DNA of 64,000 nt from positions 40,651 to 104,650 of the forward strand of contig CAWCNJ010000011.1 of NCBI GenBank assembly GCA_963796955.1. Reading direction: 5' to 3'. The notes beneath the pieces are model-generated. The model saw only the letters and a list, made by a program, of their open reading frames with translations, had not been told where the DNA came from and made no database searches. Below, piece by piece: positions 20,357 to 30,534 of the stretch. How positions within the stretch are numbered: position 1 is the stretch's first letter; every line of letters starts with the position of its first letter. Origin of the DNA: Endomicrobiales bacterium (GTDB taxonomy: Bacteria; Elusimicrobiota; Endomicrobiia; Endomicrobiales; JALOBY01). Position numbers and translations under genes: made by a program.

Positions 20357-21251
20357 GTTTAGCCAACTTCTTTTTCCTCAAAAATGATTTAATAAATATT
20401 TTATACTTGTCGTCATCCTTTGACAACTTAAAAGGGAAACATATTATTGAAAACAAAGCATTTATTATTGATTTAATATATTCATCCGCACTATTAAATT
20501 CACGTGCTGCATCAAGGTATAAATACCCGTAAGCCTTCAATTTGTCAAAGCTAATTTTTTTTGTATAGTGTTTATTGATAAAATTCTTTTGAGCCAACTT
20601 CATCACATCAACATTTTTATGTAAATTACCGGTATGTGTTCTATAACGGATTAACCCAATATTTAAGGCGCTTACTTTGTATGTCCCTGCTATACGATAC
20701 CACATATCCCTATCTTCTGTCCCTTTAATATTTTCATCGAACAATCCGATCGTTTCAAGACATTCCCTTCTAATCATCACGGTTGAAGGTGTTCCTATAG
20801 TGTTTTTTTTCTTTAACATCTTACACATCATTTCTTTGTCACCTGTAAATACCGGTTTCCATTCACCAACAATTTCTGAATTTTCATTTATGAAGACACA
20901 ATTACATCCTACCAGGCCAAGTCCAGGTGATCGGAGCATTTCTGCCAATTGAAGTTCCAGTTTAGTGGAAATCCATATATCGTCTGCATCTAAAAATGCG
21001 ATAAATGTTCCATTAGCACACTTTAATCCAATGTTTCTAGCTGCGGCAGGCCCGGCATTTATTTGCCGTATATATCTTACCTTGTTAAGCCTTTCACCAA
21101 GTATCGCTTTAATGTCTGATATTGATCCATCATCAACAACTATTATTTCAAAATCTCTATAACTTTGATTTAATATTGAATCAATTGCCTGCTCAAGATA
21201 TCCTTGGACAGGGTTGTAAACAGGAACAATTACACTTATAAGGCTATCCAT
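20349..21251 (-). CDS. GT2 glycosyltransferase
   Basis: SVIVPVYN, DDGS, FLDADD, EDRD. Confidence 0.92.
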   Translation of the reverse strand: MDSLISVIVPVYNPVQGYLEQAIDSILNQSYRDFEIIVVDDGSISDIKAILGERLNKVRYIRQINAGPAAARNIGLKCANGTFIAFLDADDIWISTKLELQLAEMLRSPGLGLVGCNCVFINENSEIVGEWKPVFTGDKEMMCKMLKKKNTIGTPSTVMIRRECLETIGLFDENIKGTEDRDMWYRIAGTYKVSALNIGLIRYRTHTGNLHKNVDVMKLAQKNFINKHYTKKISFDKLKAYGYLYLDAAREFNSADEYIKSIINALFSIICFPFKLSKDDDKYKIFIKSFLRKKKLAKHE

Positions 21252-22437
21252 TTAGGCCCTTTTTATCTGGTTCATTTATAATATTAGATTTTATAGCCTG
21301 AGACATCGCTATTACGACATACAAAATATAGAATTGATATCTATTCGTGAAAAATGCACATACCCAAAAACCTACTAATGACGCTGAAACAATTTGATAC
21401 AACATAAATTTTCTCGTAAGCTCATTATTTTCTGGTGTCCTTTTGTTCAAAACGTAAGTGAAGTATAGCGGATAAAATGAAAACAATGTAAAGGCTATCC
21501 CACCCAATATCCCAGCCTCAGCGAACACTTGAAAAAGAGTATTGTGTGGCTCTAAGCTTCTTATACCTCCATAATCGGCTGCGCGGTCATCAAAATTGCC
21601 TGGACCAATTCCAAAAAATGGTTTATCCATAACCATTCGACCACAAGCGCGCCATTGCAGAATCCTATCCTCCGAAGAACTATCCCCATGTAAACCGGAA
21701 AGATCATTCCTGCTTAGCACATTTTTCAACCCTACAGTGAACACGCCGGCCACCATTATCAGCAAAAGCACAATTCGAAGTGCCTTTGATAGGTTCTTGG
21801 AAAACAAGAGACTTACACCACCAACTGCCATCAGCCCAAGCAACCCATTTCTGGAGCCTGTAAAAAGTATGTTGAAACCAAAAATACCGGCGACTATAAG
21901 ATAATAAAAATATTTTGAAACAAAAATTTCGGACAAATTTGCCAACAAAATAACAATTGGAATTGCAGCAACAAGTATAATCGCCAGATCATTGGCATTC
22001 TCATACCAACCAAATCCCCCTGCTCTCATGCCTGGTTGATAGGTCATTACAAATTGCGAGATTGAAAAATAAGATAAATACAAGAGTCCTGATATAACCG
22101 AGAAGCTAATCCATTTCAAACGCTTTTCTGTATTAACAATCTGAGTGATTAGATAATATACAATACCCATCTTTAACCATAAATTAAATGTATCTAGCGC
22201 TCCTCCAGCCCATTGCATTCCTGAACTTACGATCTGCGTGATTACAAAAAATATAAAAAATACGTTCGTTTTTGATCTAAAGAAACCATGTTTCCCTTTT
22301 TCCTTTGAAAACGCATACGACACTAATGCAAGAATTGCGCAGTTGCGTAATGGCTGAAATTGCTCAACACCCGGAAAGATCTTCCCTGGTTGAAAAAACA
22401 TAATGAAGATTGTTAAACACAAAAAGAAAAATGCCAT
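21244..22437 (-). CDS. O-antigen ligase/Wzy polymerase family protein
   Basis: ENANDLA, TGSRNG, PFFGIGPGNF, PHNT..Q..AE.G. Confidence 0.88.
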   Translation of the reverse strand: MAFFFLCLTIFIMFFQPGKIFPGVEQFQPLRNCAILALVSYAFSKEKGKHGFFRSKTNVFFIFFVITQIVSSGMQWAGGALDTFNLWLKMGIVYYLITQIVNTEKRLKWISFSVISGLLYLSYFSISQFVMTYQPGMRAGGFGWYENANDLAIILVAAIPIVILLANLSEIFVSKYFYYLIVAGIFGFNILFTGSRNGLLGLMAVGGVSLLFSKNLSKALRIVLLLIMVAGVFTVGLKNVLSRNDLSGLHGDSSSEDRILQWRACGRMVMDKPFFGIGPGNFDDRAADYGGIRSLEPHNTLFQVFAEAGILGGIAFTLFSFYPLYFTYVLNKRTPENNELTRKFMLYQIVSASLVGFWVCAFFTNRYQFYILYVVIAMSQAIKSNIINEPDKKGLNG

Positions 22438-22464
22438 TACTTATGTCCCTAAGAGGAATTTGAC

Positions 22465-23559
22465 CTATCTTTTCATTGCGTATGAATCTGATAATTCGAT
22501 ACGATTGCAATCATTATTGTACGCCTCTCGTTCATAATCTGTTAGTACATATCGTTCAAATGGATTAATAAGACCAGCATCTACCAAATAAAAGTTCCCT
22601 TCAGACATATCATCAAATCCAAGCCGTGTGATCATATATGGCGATTCGCTCCAGTGTCGTCCCGCAGTACAAAATCCAATAGCATAAGATTCTTTTACAA
22701 TATCTATTGTCGTTTTATTAATATCGAACAAACGTCCATTCGGGTATGCTACAGTCCTAACAGAAACAGCAAGTCGTGCTTCTATCTCAGCTTTTGACAA
22801 CAGCAACTCATCCTTGGCATCTGCTTCATTCAATCGTGAAAGTATTGGATGTGTTACTGTGTGAGCACCGACACTTAACAAACCGGAATCAATCATTTCT
22901 TTTAGCTGATCCCAGGTTATCATCTCGTTTGCAGGAAAATCATTTACTGAGATTTTTAATTGTTTAATTATAGAATCTAAAACGCACAGTTTCATACTGT
23001 TATTAACCGCCTTCAATTGTCTTGAAAGCTTTCTGTAGGTATTAATTACATCAATTTCTGAGTTGAGATAAAATTCACCAAATCCGAACTCATCAAGACT
23101 CAATTTACTTCCCTTTGCATTTGCCAGCGAGTATAACAATTGATCATGAAATGGGACAGTCTGGTTAGTGATAGATCCTGTAGTCAAAAACACAGCAGCC
23201 GGCAAAGAATATTTCTTGAGTATTGGAAATACAACTGAGTACAATGACCTGTAACCATCATCAAAAGTTAATAATATTCGGTTTGCTGTGAGTTTACGAC
23301 CTTGTAGCACATACTGTTCATATTCGTCTAGGCCAATGAAAGAATTGTGTTTTTGTAAATAAGTTATTCGCTTTTCGAAGTCTTCAACAGAAATGTGCTC
23401 CAGCTTTTTATGATAACTGTAGTACATATCATTTGGAGTTATTACTCTATGCAAGAAATATGATTTCAATTTGGGATGAGTAAATTTATTTACAACAAAC
23501 GCGAACAACTTTGCAAGCTTAGCATTTGATCGGATATTCATATTTTGCTTTGGCCTCAA
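22465..23559 (-). CDS. Polysaccharide deacetylase
   Basis: TFDDGY, GAHTVTHPIL, AYPNG. Start is uncertain. Confidence 0.85.
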   Translation of the reverse strand: MRPKQNMNIRSNAKLAKLFAFVVNKFTHPKLKSYFLHRVITPNDMYYSYHKKLEHISVEDFEKRITYLQKHNSFIGLDEYEQYVLQGRKLTANRILLTFDDGYRSLYSVVFPILKKYSLPAAVFLTTGSITNQTVPFHDQLLYSLANAKGSKLSLDEFGFGEFYLNSEIDVINTYRKLSRQLKAVNNSMKLCVLDSIIKQLKISVNDFPANEMITWDQLKEMIDSGLLSVGAHTVTHPILSRLNEADAKDELLLSKAEIEARLAVSVRTVAYPNGRLFDINKTTIDIVKESYAIGFCTAGRHWSESPYMITRLGFDDMSEGNFYLVDAGLINPFERYVLTDYEREAYNNDCNRIELSDSYAMKR

Positions 23560-23574
23560 ATTGTATTTTGTAAT

Positions 23575-25749
23575 CTATTTATACACATATTTTGGGATCT
23601 CAAAGTCCCTATATTGATTTGGATTTCCTAACATCCCAGCTTCCGCTGCTTTTATTATATTGTACATTTCCCTTGCAGTTACATAATGATAATGGTAATT
23701 TTTGACATTCTTGAAGTTTTTCTCCATATAATCACACATCAGCTCAGTTGAATATCCAATTACAGAATCAAAATCGCTATTCTTTGCACCATGAGTATGC
23801 AACTTTATAAACAACCAGTTCGTCATTCCTTTGATCCTGACAGCATTCTTTATCAAAAAGTCCATTCGTTCAGCTGATAATTTATCCTTTTCGTCTATAT
23901 TTGAATATTCGATAGCAACTCTATATTTTTTAAATTTTTTCCTTAGACCAATAACTCCCTGTACCATCAGAAATTCATCCTCAGATTTTCCTCCAACTTT
24001 TACTTCTCTGCCATGATTATATGATTTTGCCCTGTTCAATCCATTTTTTATGTAGTACATCTTATTCAGCACAGAAGGCTGTGCCGCACCAAGCGAAGGA
24101 AAAGTGAAATCAGCAAAACATCCACAACTACCCAGTATATCAGTCTCATTATTGATCCCGCAGTATTCCGGACCTCTGGAATTATTTAAAGACCAGTCTC
24201 CATGAACAAATGCGAACTTCTTAGTTCCGTCCGGTAAACAAAATATTCCATATTTTGAATAATCTTCGACACATTTCATTATCTTAGTACGTAAAGTTTC
24301 AGCCGTATCTGGAAAAGGATCCATCTGGTTATGATGAAGGTGCATTTCAACATCTCCATAACCGCGCTTACAAAGCTCTACAATATCTTTTAAGAAGCAT
24401 GAATCATGATGAGGTGGATAAAACCAAGTGTGTTGTGGTTTAACTCCATCAGAGTCTGAATATCTATCAGCGATCATCGGGTATTTTTCTGACCATATTT
24501 TTATCTTTTCGGCCGCTTCCATAACATTATCCGCTCCATGGAACGGTTCAAAATGGTCGGCTACACATATCATGATGTGAACAGGTGCATTATCATCATA
24601 TTTTACCTTTGTTTTCATTTTTCCCATAAGATGTTGCGGAAGCCAGTGTCTCAAACCCCGGTCAATCGATATTTTGCGTTTAATTGTTTCAAGTTTTTCA
24701 ACTTGCTCATTTGCACGATTTAGAACATCAAAAAAGCCAGACATCCTTAGACCAAACATGAAAAATGGCTTTGATTCCAGACCATATCTAGGAATTTCAA
24801 AAGAATCATATGTATCGGCAGTGAACTGTGATGTTGTAAATGCCAAGGAATAGCCAGCATCTTTTAACTGGTTCTTTATTTGCTCGTTAATATCTTCCGG
24901 CTTGCCATTAGGATAAGCGAAATATTTGAGCTCGACACCTCCAAGCTCAGACTCGATCTTTTTCTTTGAATCCATTATCTCGTTTTGAGCTTGCTGAGAA
25001 CCGACCCTTGTTAATATAGGGTGTGTTACCGTATGCCCACCAAATGTTACCAGGCTCGACGCAGACATCTCCATTATCTGTTGCCATGTCATCATCCGGT
25101 AGGCATCACCTATATCGTCAAGTGGAACCTGTAGAAACGCTGACAACAGGTTTGTTTGGTTTGTCCTTTCAGCTTCCGAAAGATATTTCAAACCGGGTTT
25201 AATGCGGTTGTACGTATTAGCACGTTCCTGCAAAGTGTTTAATGAATATTTACCGCCGGAACCCACCGGGAACTCAAATGATCTTACAGGGCTTTTTGCA
25301 ATTATATGCATAAGGCGATCGTGCCATAATACCGTTTTATCCTCAATACTTCCGGTTGTTAAAAAGAAAGTTGCGGGTATGTTATATGTCTTAAGTAAAG
25401 GAAAAACGTTTGTATACATGCTCCGATAACCGTCATCAAAAGTAAGTACTAGCGCCAACGAGCGCGGTTTTTTCCCGGTACGCATATAATCCGCAAACTC
25501 ATCTATTGAAATGATGGAATACCGTTTGTGAATATACTTTATCCTTTTCTCAAAATCATCGACTGTTAAATTACCAAGTTCGCGAAGAATATCAAAACTT
25601 GGATTTGTAGTATCAATTATCCTGTGCGAGAAAAGAATTTTAACAGGCAAGCCATATATCTCTTTAAATATCCGTGCGGAAACAGCAGTAATGCCCGCAC
25701 CATAGGCACAACGGTATAAAATGTTCTTTGTAACACTACGAAAATTCAT
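23575..25749 (-). CDS. Polysaccharide deacetylase fused to uncharacterised His-rich C-terminal domain
   Basis: N-half has TFDDGY/HTVTHP/AYPNG. C-half has DHFEP, HTWFYP, HLHH, FVHGDW and KLHTHG. Confidence 0.8.
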   Translation of the reverse strand: MNFRSVTKNILYRCAYGAGITAVSARIFKEIYGLPVKILFSHRIIDTTNPSFDILRELGNLTVDDFEKRIKYIHKRYSIISIDEFADYMRTGKKPRSLALVLTFDDGYRSMYTNVFPLLKTYNIPATFFLTTGSIEDKTVLWHDRLMHIIAKSPVRSFEFPVGSGGKYSLNTLQERANTYNRIKPGLKYLSEAERTNQTNLLSAFLQVPLDDIGDAYRMMTWQQIMEMSASSLVTFGGHTVTHPILTRVGSQQAQNEIMDSKKKIESELGGVELKYFAYPNGKPEDINEQIKNQLKDAGYSLAFTTSQFTADTYDSFEIPRYGLESKPFFMFGLRMSGFFDVLNRANEQVEKLETIKRKISIDRGLRHWLPQHLMGKMKTKVKYDDNAPVHIMICVADHFEPFHGADNVMEAAEKIKIWSEKYPMIADRYSDSDGVKPQHTWFYPPHHDSCFLKDIVELCKRGYGDVEMHLHHNQMDPFPDTAETLRTKIMKCVEDYSKYGIFCLPDGTKKFAFVHGDWSLNNSRGPEYCGINNETDILGSCGCFADFTFPSLGAAQPSVLNKMYYIKNGLNRAKSYNHGREVKVGGKSEDEFLMVQGVIGLRKKFKKYRVAIEYSNIDEKDKLSAERMDFLIKNAVRIKGMTNWLFIKLHTHGAKNSDFDSVIGYSTELMCDYMEKNFKNVKNYHYHYVTAREMYNIIKAAEAGMLGNPNQYRDFEIPKYVYK

Positions 25750-25765
25750 GGTTCAGTCCTATTCC

Positions 25766-26941
25766 TCAAGAATCTTCCCTTGTTATCATTTTGCCGTAAA
25801 ACCAGTTAGCAACGTTTTTAAATAAACTAACCTTTCCAGGGAGACTTCGCAGACCTTTCTCTATTGACATCGCACGATATATCGCATGGCTTCTCCACAC
25901 CGCGAGGTCAGAGCTTTTTATTACATGTTTTGTCCAATGATATTTATATTCATCAGTGCCCCTGAGAAAGTCATAGCAACGAATATGAGTGGTATATAAT
26001 TGTTCTATCAGCTTGTACATTAACACTTTACCTGGGCTATATTGGGCAAAGTCGGGATTAAGACCGATTGCATATGAACTCATTTTATTATGGTACAAAA
26101 AGTTATAGTATGCGGCTACGTTAGTTTTCCCCTGCTTTAGAAATACAAAATACAGCCACCCTAACGGCTCAATCAAATCGACAATTCTCTTATGAAAAGT
26201 GTTGTATGCCTTCCTTGTAACTCTGAAGCTTCCCTCCTTACCCAGGACGCTTTGCCTCTTTTGGTGTATTTGCACAAAATCATCAAACACAGACTGAATG
26301 TCGGCGTTATGCTGCACAACTTCAAGTTTAATATCGGAAAGTTTTTCGAATTTCCGCACGGAGTATTTTACGCCATTGCGGGTATTCTTTGACATAGCGC
26401 CGACATAGTTTTCGAACGTATCGGGCAGCTGTACTATAAGGCTTTCACGGGTATTCACTGCACTATTGTGAATCCGCTTCTCCTTTAATAACGATTGAAA
26501 CAGCGGCATTACAACAGAGGTCTCCCTTATTGCAGAAAGAAATATAATATCCCATTTTGGAAAATCTTTGGAAAATAAAAAAGAGATAATTTCTCTTAAA
26601 ACCATCTCCTCGCAGCCGCGTTCAACAATAAAATCAAGGTTTTCAAAGAATGCACCATGCCCGCCTATTATTTCCACCTGCTTCTTTTTAGTAATGCTAA
26701 GAACGCGGCCATATGCAGCATAAAGCGGAGCAATGCCGATTATTTTGCCGTCTTGTTCTACGAGAATTATTGTTAATTCCTTATCAGTTTTATATGACTG
26801 CCACCATGTGTACTGAAATTCCCAAGTAAGAAAAATTGCATCTGATGTGGATTTGGCAAGTAGAGCATTCCACTGTTCTCTTATATTAAGGAAATCATCC
26901 TCATTGGTTATCAGTCTTACGTTCAATAATTCCGGCATCAT
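25766..26941 (-). CDS. CelD/BcsL-like GNAT protein
   Basis: WNALL..IFLTWE..WW, GIAPL, YSPG..L, YDFLRG.DEYKYHW. Confidence 0.88.
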   Translation of the reverse strand: MMPELLNVRLITNEDDFLNIREQWNALLAKSTSDAIFLTWEFQYTWWQSYKTDKELTIILVEQDGKIIGIAPLYAAYGRVLSITKKKQVEIIGGHGAFFENLDFIVERGCEEMVLREIISFLFSKDFPKWDIIFLSAIRETSVVMPLFQSLLKEKRIHNSAVNTRESLIVQLPDTFENYVGAMSKNTRNGVKYSVRKFEKLSDIKLEVVQHNADIQSVFDDFVQIHQKRQSVLGKEGSFRVTRKAYNTFHKRIVDLIEPLGWLYFVFLKQGKTNVAAYYNFLYHNKMSSYAIGLNPDFAQYSPGKVLMYKLIEQLYTTHIRCYDFLRGTDEYKYHWTKHVIKSSDLAVWRSHAIYRAMSIEKGLRSLPGKVSLFKNVANWFYGKMITREDS

Positions 26942-28054
26942 TCAATCCTTATTTTCCATGACGCGCTTAATGAAATCATAAAGTTCGTTCACATGTGAAC
27001 CATCAATATACTTGCGATTATTTTCTCTGGCTGTTCGCTTAAGTTCGTCAATATTCTTTCTGTCGTTTAACTGCTCTTTCAAATCATGAACTGTATCAAA
27101 CTCCAGCACGGCTTTGTATTCTTTTAAGTAATCTTTGCAGGCTTCATATCCTTCCCGGGGAATTGCAACGGGGATACCTGCAGCTACGCTTGAAATAAGA
27201 CGATCTGGGATAGTAATCCTATATCGGTCATCCCTTTTGCAGGCATCAAGGTTATACATCATCAGGGAGACGTCAAACTGCGTCGCAAAATTTTTAAGCA
27301 CCGGCATTTTCATGGGAGGGAAAAGATGACGGTACTCGGAAGGCTGGAATTTTTCACCCTGGTCGCAATGGTAAAGATGGATTTTGGATTGTAAGATAGA
27401 ATTAAAAATATCCCTCATGTTATCGCTCGGCTGAGCATCCCACCAGTCGGTACGGCCGAGAAACACAATATTGGGCTGATTTGGGCATGGATCATGCATT
27501 TTATCTGAAAAATCATCGACAGAAATAAGCGGGCTCAAGACGATTCCCGGCATTGTATCGCCGGTTAAAATATTTTTGTCGAAATATTTTTTCATTGCAT
27601 CGCTTGAATAGATTACACCATCAAGGTATTTGGTTAGATATTTGAAATAGGTATTTTGGAATGTAATTTTTGCGCTTGTCAGCCCCATCGGATGGCATAA
27701 GATATTAAGGATCACCCTTGTTTGCGGTCTTGCCTTTTTCAAAGCGATTATATCTTTGGCAGGAATCAAGCCCCAGTACGATAAGACGCAATTGATACCG
27801 CCTTTGTCAACAAAATCTAATATTTTGCTTCTATATTGCTCATCGCTAACACCGAACATCTTGTTGGATATTCTATACCATGCCTGCCACAATTTAAAGG
27901 GGTGAGCTTTAAATGCTTTTTCATAGTACTCTTTGTTCGAATACTCTTCAAACCGGTGTATCTCTTTACCGATGGAGGCGAAGTGTTGTTTCAGGGCGGC
28001 ATAATGGTTGTCGGAAACGCCGCCCAGATAACCTAAATTTATATCAGATCGCAT
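26942..28054 (-). CDS. Hypothetical protein, probable GT-B glycosyltransferase
   Basis: IVFLGR and PDRLISSVAAGIPV resemble a GT-B C-terminal domain. Confidence 0.55.
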   Translation of the reverse strand: MRSDINLGYLGGVSDNHYAALKQHFASIGKEIHRFEEYSNKEYYEKAFKAHPFKLWQAWYRISNKMFGVSDEQYRSKILDFVDKGGINCVLSYWGLIPAKDIIALKKARPQTRVILNILCHPMGLTSAKITFQNTYFKYLTKYLDGVIYSSDAMKKYFDKNILTGDTMPGIVLSPLISVDDFSDKMHDPCPNQPNIVFLGRTDWWDAQPSDNMRDIFNSILQSKIHLYHCDQGEKFQPSEYRHLFPPMKMPVLKNFATQFDVSLMMYNLDACKRDDRYRITIPDRLISSVAAGIPVAIPREGYEACKDYLKEYKAVLEFDTVHDLKEQLNDRKNIDELKRTARENNRKYIDGSHVNELYDFIKRVMENKD

Positions 28055-28175
28055 ACATTCCTTTTCGATTCAATCATCGGTCTTCAATCATAATTCTTTG
28101 TTTCAACAGGCAGAAGCCCAAAGGCCCTCAACCACCCGCCCCAGCTTTACGGTTCGTTTTCAGAATTGTTAGGTG

Positions 28176-29186
28176 TTAAACTTTATAATACTCCCTGTAC
28201 CATTTTACGAATCTGGCTATACCGTCTTCTATTGAGGTGGCGGGTTTGAAACCAGCGTCGGTCATAAGGTCGTCAACGTTGGCGTAGGTCGCAGGGACGT
28301 CGCCGGGCTGCAAGGGCATGAAGTTTTTCATTGCCTTTTTGCCGAGATTGGCTTCTATAACAGAGATAAAGTGATTTAATTCTACCGGATTGTTGTTGCC
28401 GATGTTGTAAACCTTGTACGGGGCGAAGCTGGTGCCGGGATCTGGTTTCTTGCCTGTCCAGGCAGGGTTGGGGGCAGGGCTCAGCCTGCTTACGCGGGTT
28501 ATGCCTTCAACTATGTCGTCTATGAACGTAAAGTCGCGCTGCATGTTGCCGTTGTTATACACATCTATGGTTTTGCCTTCGAGGATTGAGCGCGTGAATT
28601 TGAACAGAGCCATGTCCGGACGGCCCCAGGGTCCATATACCGTAAAGAACCGAAGGCCGGTAGTTGGCAAGTTATACAGGTTTGAGTAGGTGTGAGCCAT
28701 AAGTTCGTTGGCTTTTTTTGTAGCTGCATAAAGAGAAAGAGGATGGTCAACATTGTCGTGAACTGAAAAAGGCATTGTTGTGTTGGCGCCATAAACCGAG
28801 CTGGAGGATGCGTACACCAGGTGTTTTACCCCGTTGTGGCGGCACGCCTCAAGAATGTTGATGAAGCCCACTATGTTGCTGTCTATATAGGAGTAAGGGT
28901 TCTCCATGGAATAACGAACTCCAGCCTGGGCAGCCAGGTTGACTACGGTATGGAACTGTTCTTTTTTGAACAGTTCCATTATCGCTGATCGGTCTTCGAG
29001 GCCGGCCTTTACGAAAGTAAAGTTTGGGTTGCCCTCAATTTGTTTCAGACGGTTATATTTCAAGTTAACGTCGTAATAATCGTTCAAATTGTCCAACCCG
29101 ACAACCTGCTCGCCGTCCTTCAGCAGTCTTTTAGACAGATGAGAGCCAATAAAACCGGCAGCGCCGGTAACTAATATTTTTTTCAT
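28176..29186 (-). CDS. UDP-glucuronate 4-epimerase-like NAD-dependent epimerase (CapI/WcaG type)
   Basis: [37 protein letters not shown]. Confidence 0.93.
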   Translation of the reverse strand: MKKILVTGAAGFIGSHLSKRLLKDGEQVVGLDNLNDYYDVNLKYNRLKQIEGNPNFTFVKAGLEDRSAIMELFKKEQFHTVVNLAAQAGVRYSMENPYSYIDSNIVGFINILEACRHNGVKHLVYASSSSVYGANTTMPFSVHDNVDHPLSLYAATKKANELMAHTYSNLYNLPTTGLRFFTVYGPWGRPDMALFKFTRSILEGKTIDVYNNGNMQRDFTFIDDIVEGITRVSRLSPAPNPAWTGKKPDPGTSFAPYKVYNIGNNNPVELNHFISVIEANLGKKAMKNFMPLQPGDVPATYANVDDLMTDAGFKPATSIEDGIARFVKWYREYYKV

Positions 29187-29225
29187 GGATTCCCCTTGAT
29201 CATGAGGTTAGCAACAATTTCAACA

Positions 29226-29254
29226 ATTATCAAAAACTAAAACATTGCTGTCAA
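29226..29254 (-). promoter_or_regulatory. sigma70 promoter upstream of epimerase / low-GC cassette
   Basis: TTGACA (29254-29249), 17 nt, GATAAT (29231-29226). Confidence 0.65.
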
Positions 29255-29277
29255 TCGGTCAACGCCCAAAAACAACA

Positions 29278-30423
29278 TTAATAATCCGAAAGTGTTTTGG
29301 GCTGCTTTTGCGGTTTGGCATCTTCGCTGTCGTCTTTTACCTTATTTACTTTCGTCTTCTTAACGGCAGGTTTTGTTGTCTGTTTTTTACCCGTCTGTCT
29401 TGCCTTTGATGCTATTTGCTTTGAGACCGGTTGGTTCAGGGTCGGTTTGATAACAGGCTTTTCTACTTCAACTACTTTAACAGGGACCGGCTTTACCACA
29501 GGCGCCGGCGCGGGTTTAAAACGATAATTTACACTCAACCTCTGCACAGGGTCCAGGTTCGCTCCCGGAAGAAAGGCGTAGCCGAAGGTAATATCGCCGC
29601 AGGATATCTGTATGCCAATGTGAATGGTAGACTCGCCGGTATAGCTTCTGTAGCCTACATTCAAAGAAAGCATGTTGCCACCGATCTCTAAACCGGCCTC
29701 CGGCACAGATTCGCGGTCATTCGCCAGATACGTTACCCCGACGGCAGGCATGAAATACAATGAGCGAGTTTGCAATATATAGCCGCAGCCGGCATAATAA
29801 CCGGTCGGCAACGGGTCCGCCTTGTTCATGAACGCGGTCGCCGAGCCCAGATCCTGCGCTACCAGAGACATGGCAAAATTATCTGCCGGCGAATACATAA
29901 GCCCGGCATCGGCTGCGTAGGCATTGGCAGAGTAGCGTTGCGCAAGCACGCTGCTGGCGCCCTTCAGCGTTACGCCCACAGACCAGCTGTCGCCCAGCAT
30001 CCGCTGTAGGGAAATAAAGCCCAGTGTATCTTTCTGGGCGCTAACGGTATCGCTGTTAAGCACACCGTTATCTATCCAGTTAAGCTCTACCTGGCCGGCG
30101 TCATAATACGCGCCGCCAGCGGCGATCATGCATTTTTTATTCAGCGGCTGAGCGTATATGGCGCTGCCGAACTTGTCGCCCGCAACGCCCTGACCTGAAA
30201 TGAAGGATATCTCGCGGGAGCCCGTCATGCCCAATATGGCCGGATTGTACAATACGCCGGTTATGTCACCGTTATCCGGGGCGGTAATGGATATACCGCC
30301 GAACTGGGCGGAATCAACCATTCTGAATATTCCCCAGCCGGAAACGCCAAAATCGGCATAACAACAATTGGCAAGGATCGGTAAAAATGTTAAGAAAACG
30401 ACGATTCTTTGAAACATATTCAT
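29278..30423 (-). CDS. PorV/PorQ (UPF0164)-like outer-membrane beta-barrel, type 2, with Pro/Lys-rich tail
   Basis: Signal peptide, YNPAxL, YYDAG, AYAADAG..Y, QRLSVNYRF, then a low-complexity PAPAPVVKP...KK tail. Confidence 0.7.
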   Translation of the reverse strand: MNMFQRIVVFLTFLPILANCCYADFGVSGWGIFRMVDSAQFGGISITAPDNGDITGVLYNPAILGMTGSREISFISGQGVAGDKFGSAIYAQPLNKKCMIAAGGAYYDAGQVELNWIDNGVLNSDTVSAQKDTLGFISLQRMLGDSWSVGVTLKGASSVLAQRYSANAYAADAGLMYSPADNFAMSLVAQDLGSATAFMNKADPLPTGYYAGCGYILQTRSLYFMPAVGVTYLANDRESVPEAGLEIGGNMLSLNVGYRSYTGESTIHIGIQISCGDITFGYAFLPGANLDPVQRLSVNYRFKPAPAPVVKPVPVKVVEVEKPVIKPTLNQPVSKQIASKARQTGKKQTTKPAVKKTKVNKVKDDSEDAKPQKQPKTLSDY

Positions 30424-30460
30424 GGATTTGATATACCTTTTATAGAAAACACCCCCCTAA

Positions 30461-30489
30461 AAGGTAACAGAATCCATACTTAATGTCAA
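30461..30489 (-). promoter_or_regulatory. Possible sigma70 promoter for the type-2 barrel gene
   Basis: TTGACA (30489-30484), 17 nt, TG-n-TACCTT. Confidence 0.45.
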
Positions 30490-30534
30490 TGGTTTGTGAA
30501 AAAAAATTTAATCAACTTCTCATTGATTTTTGAA

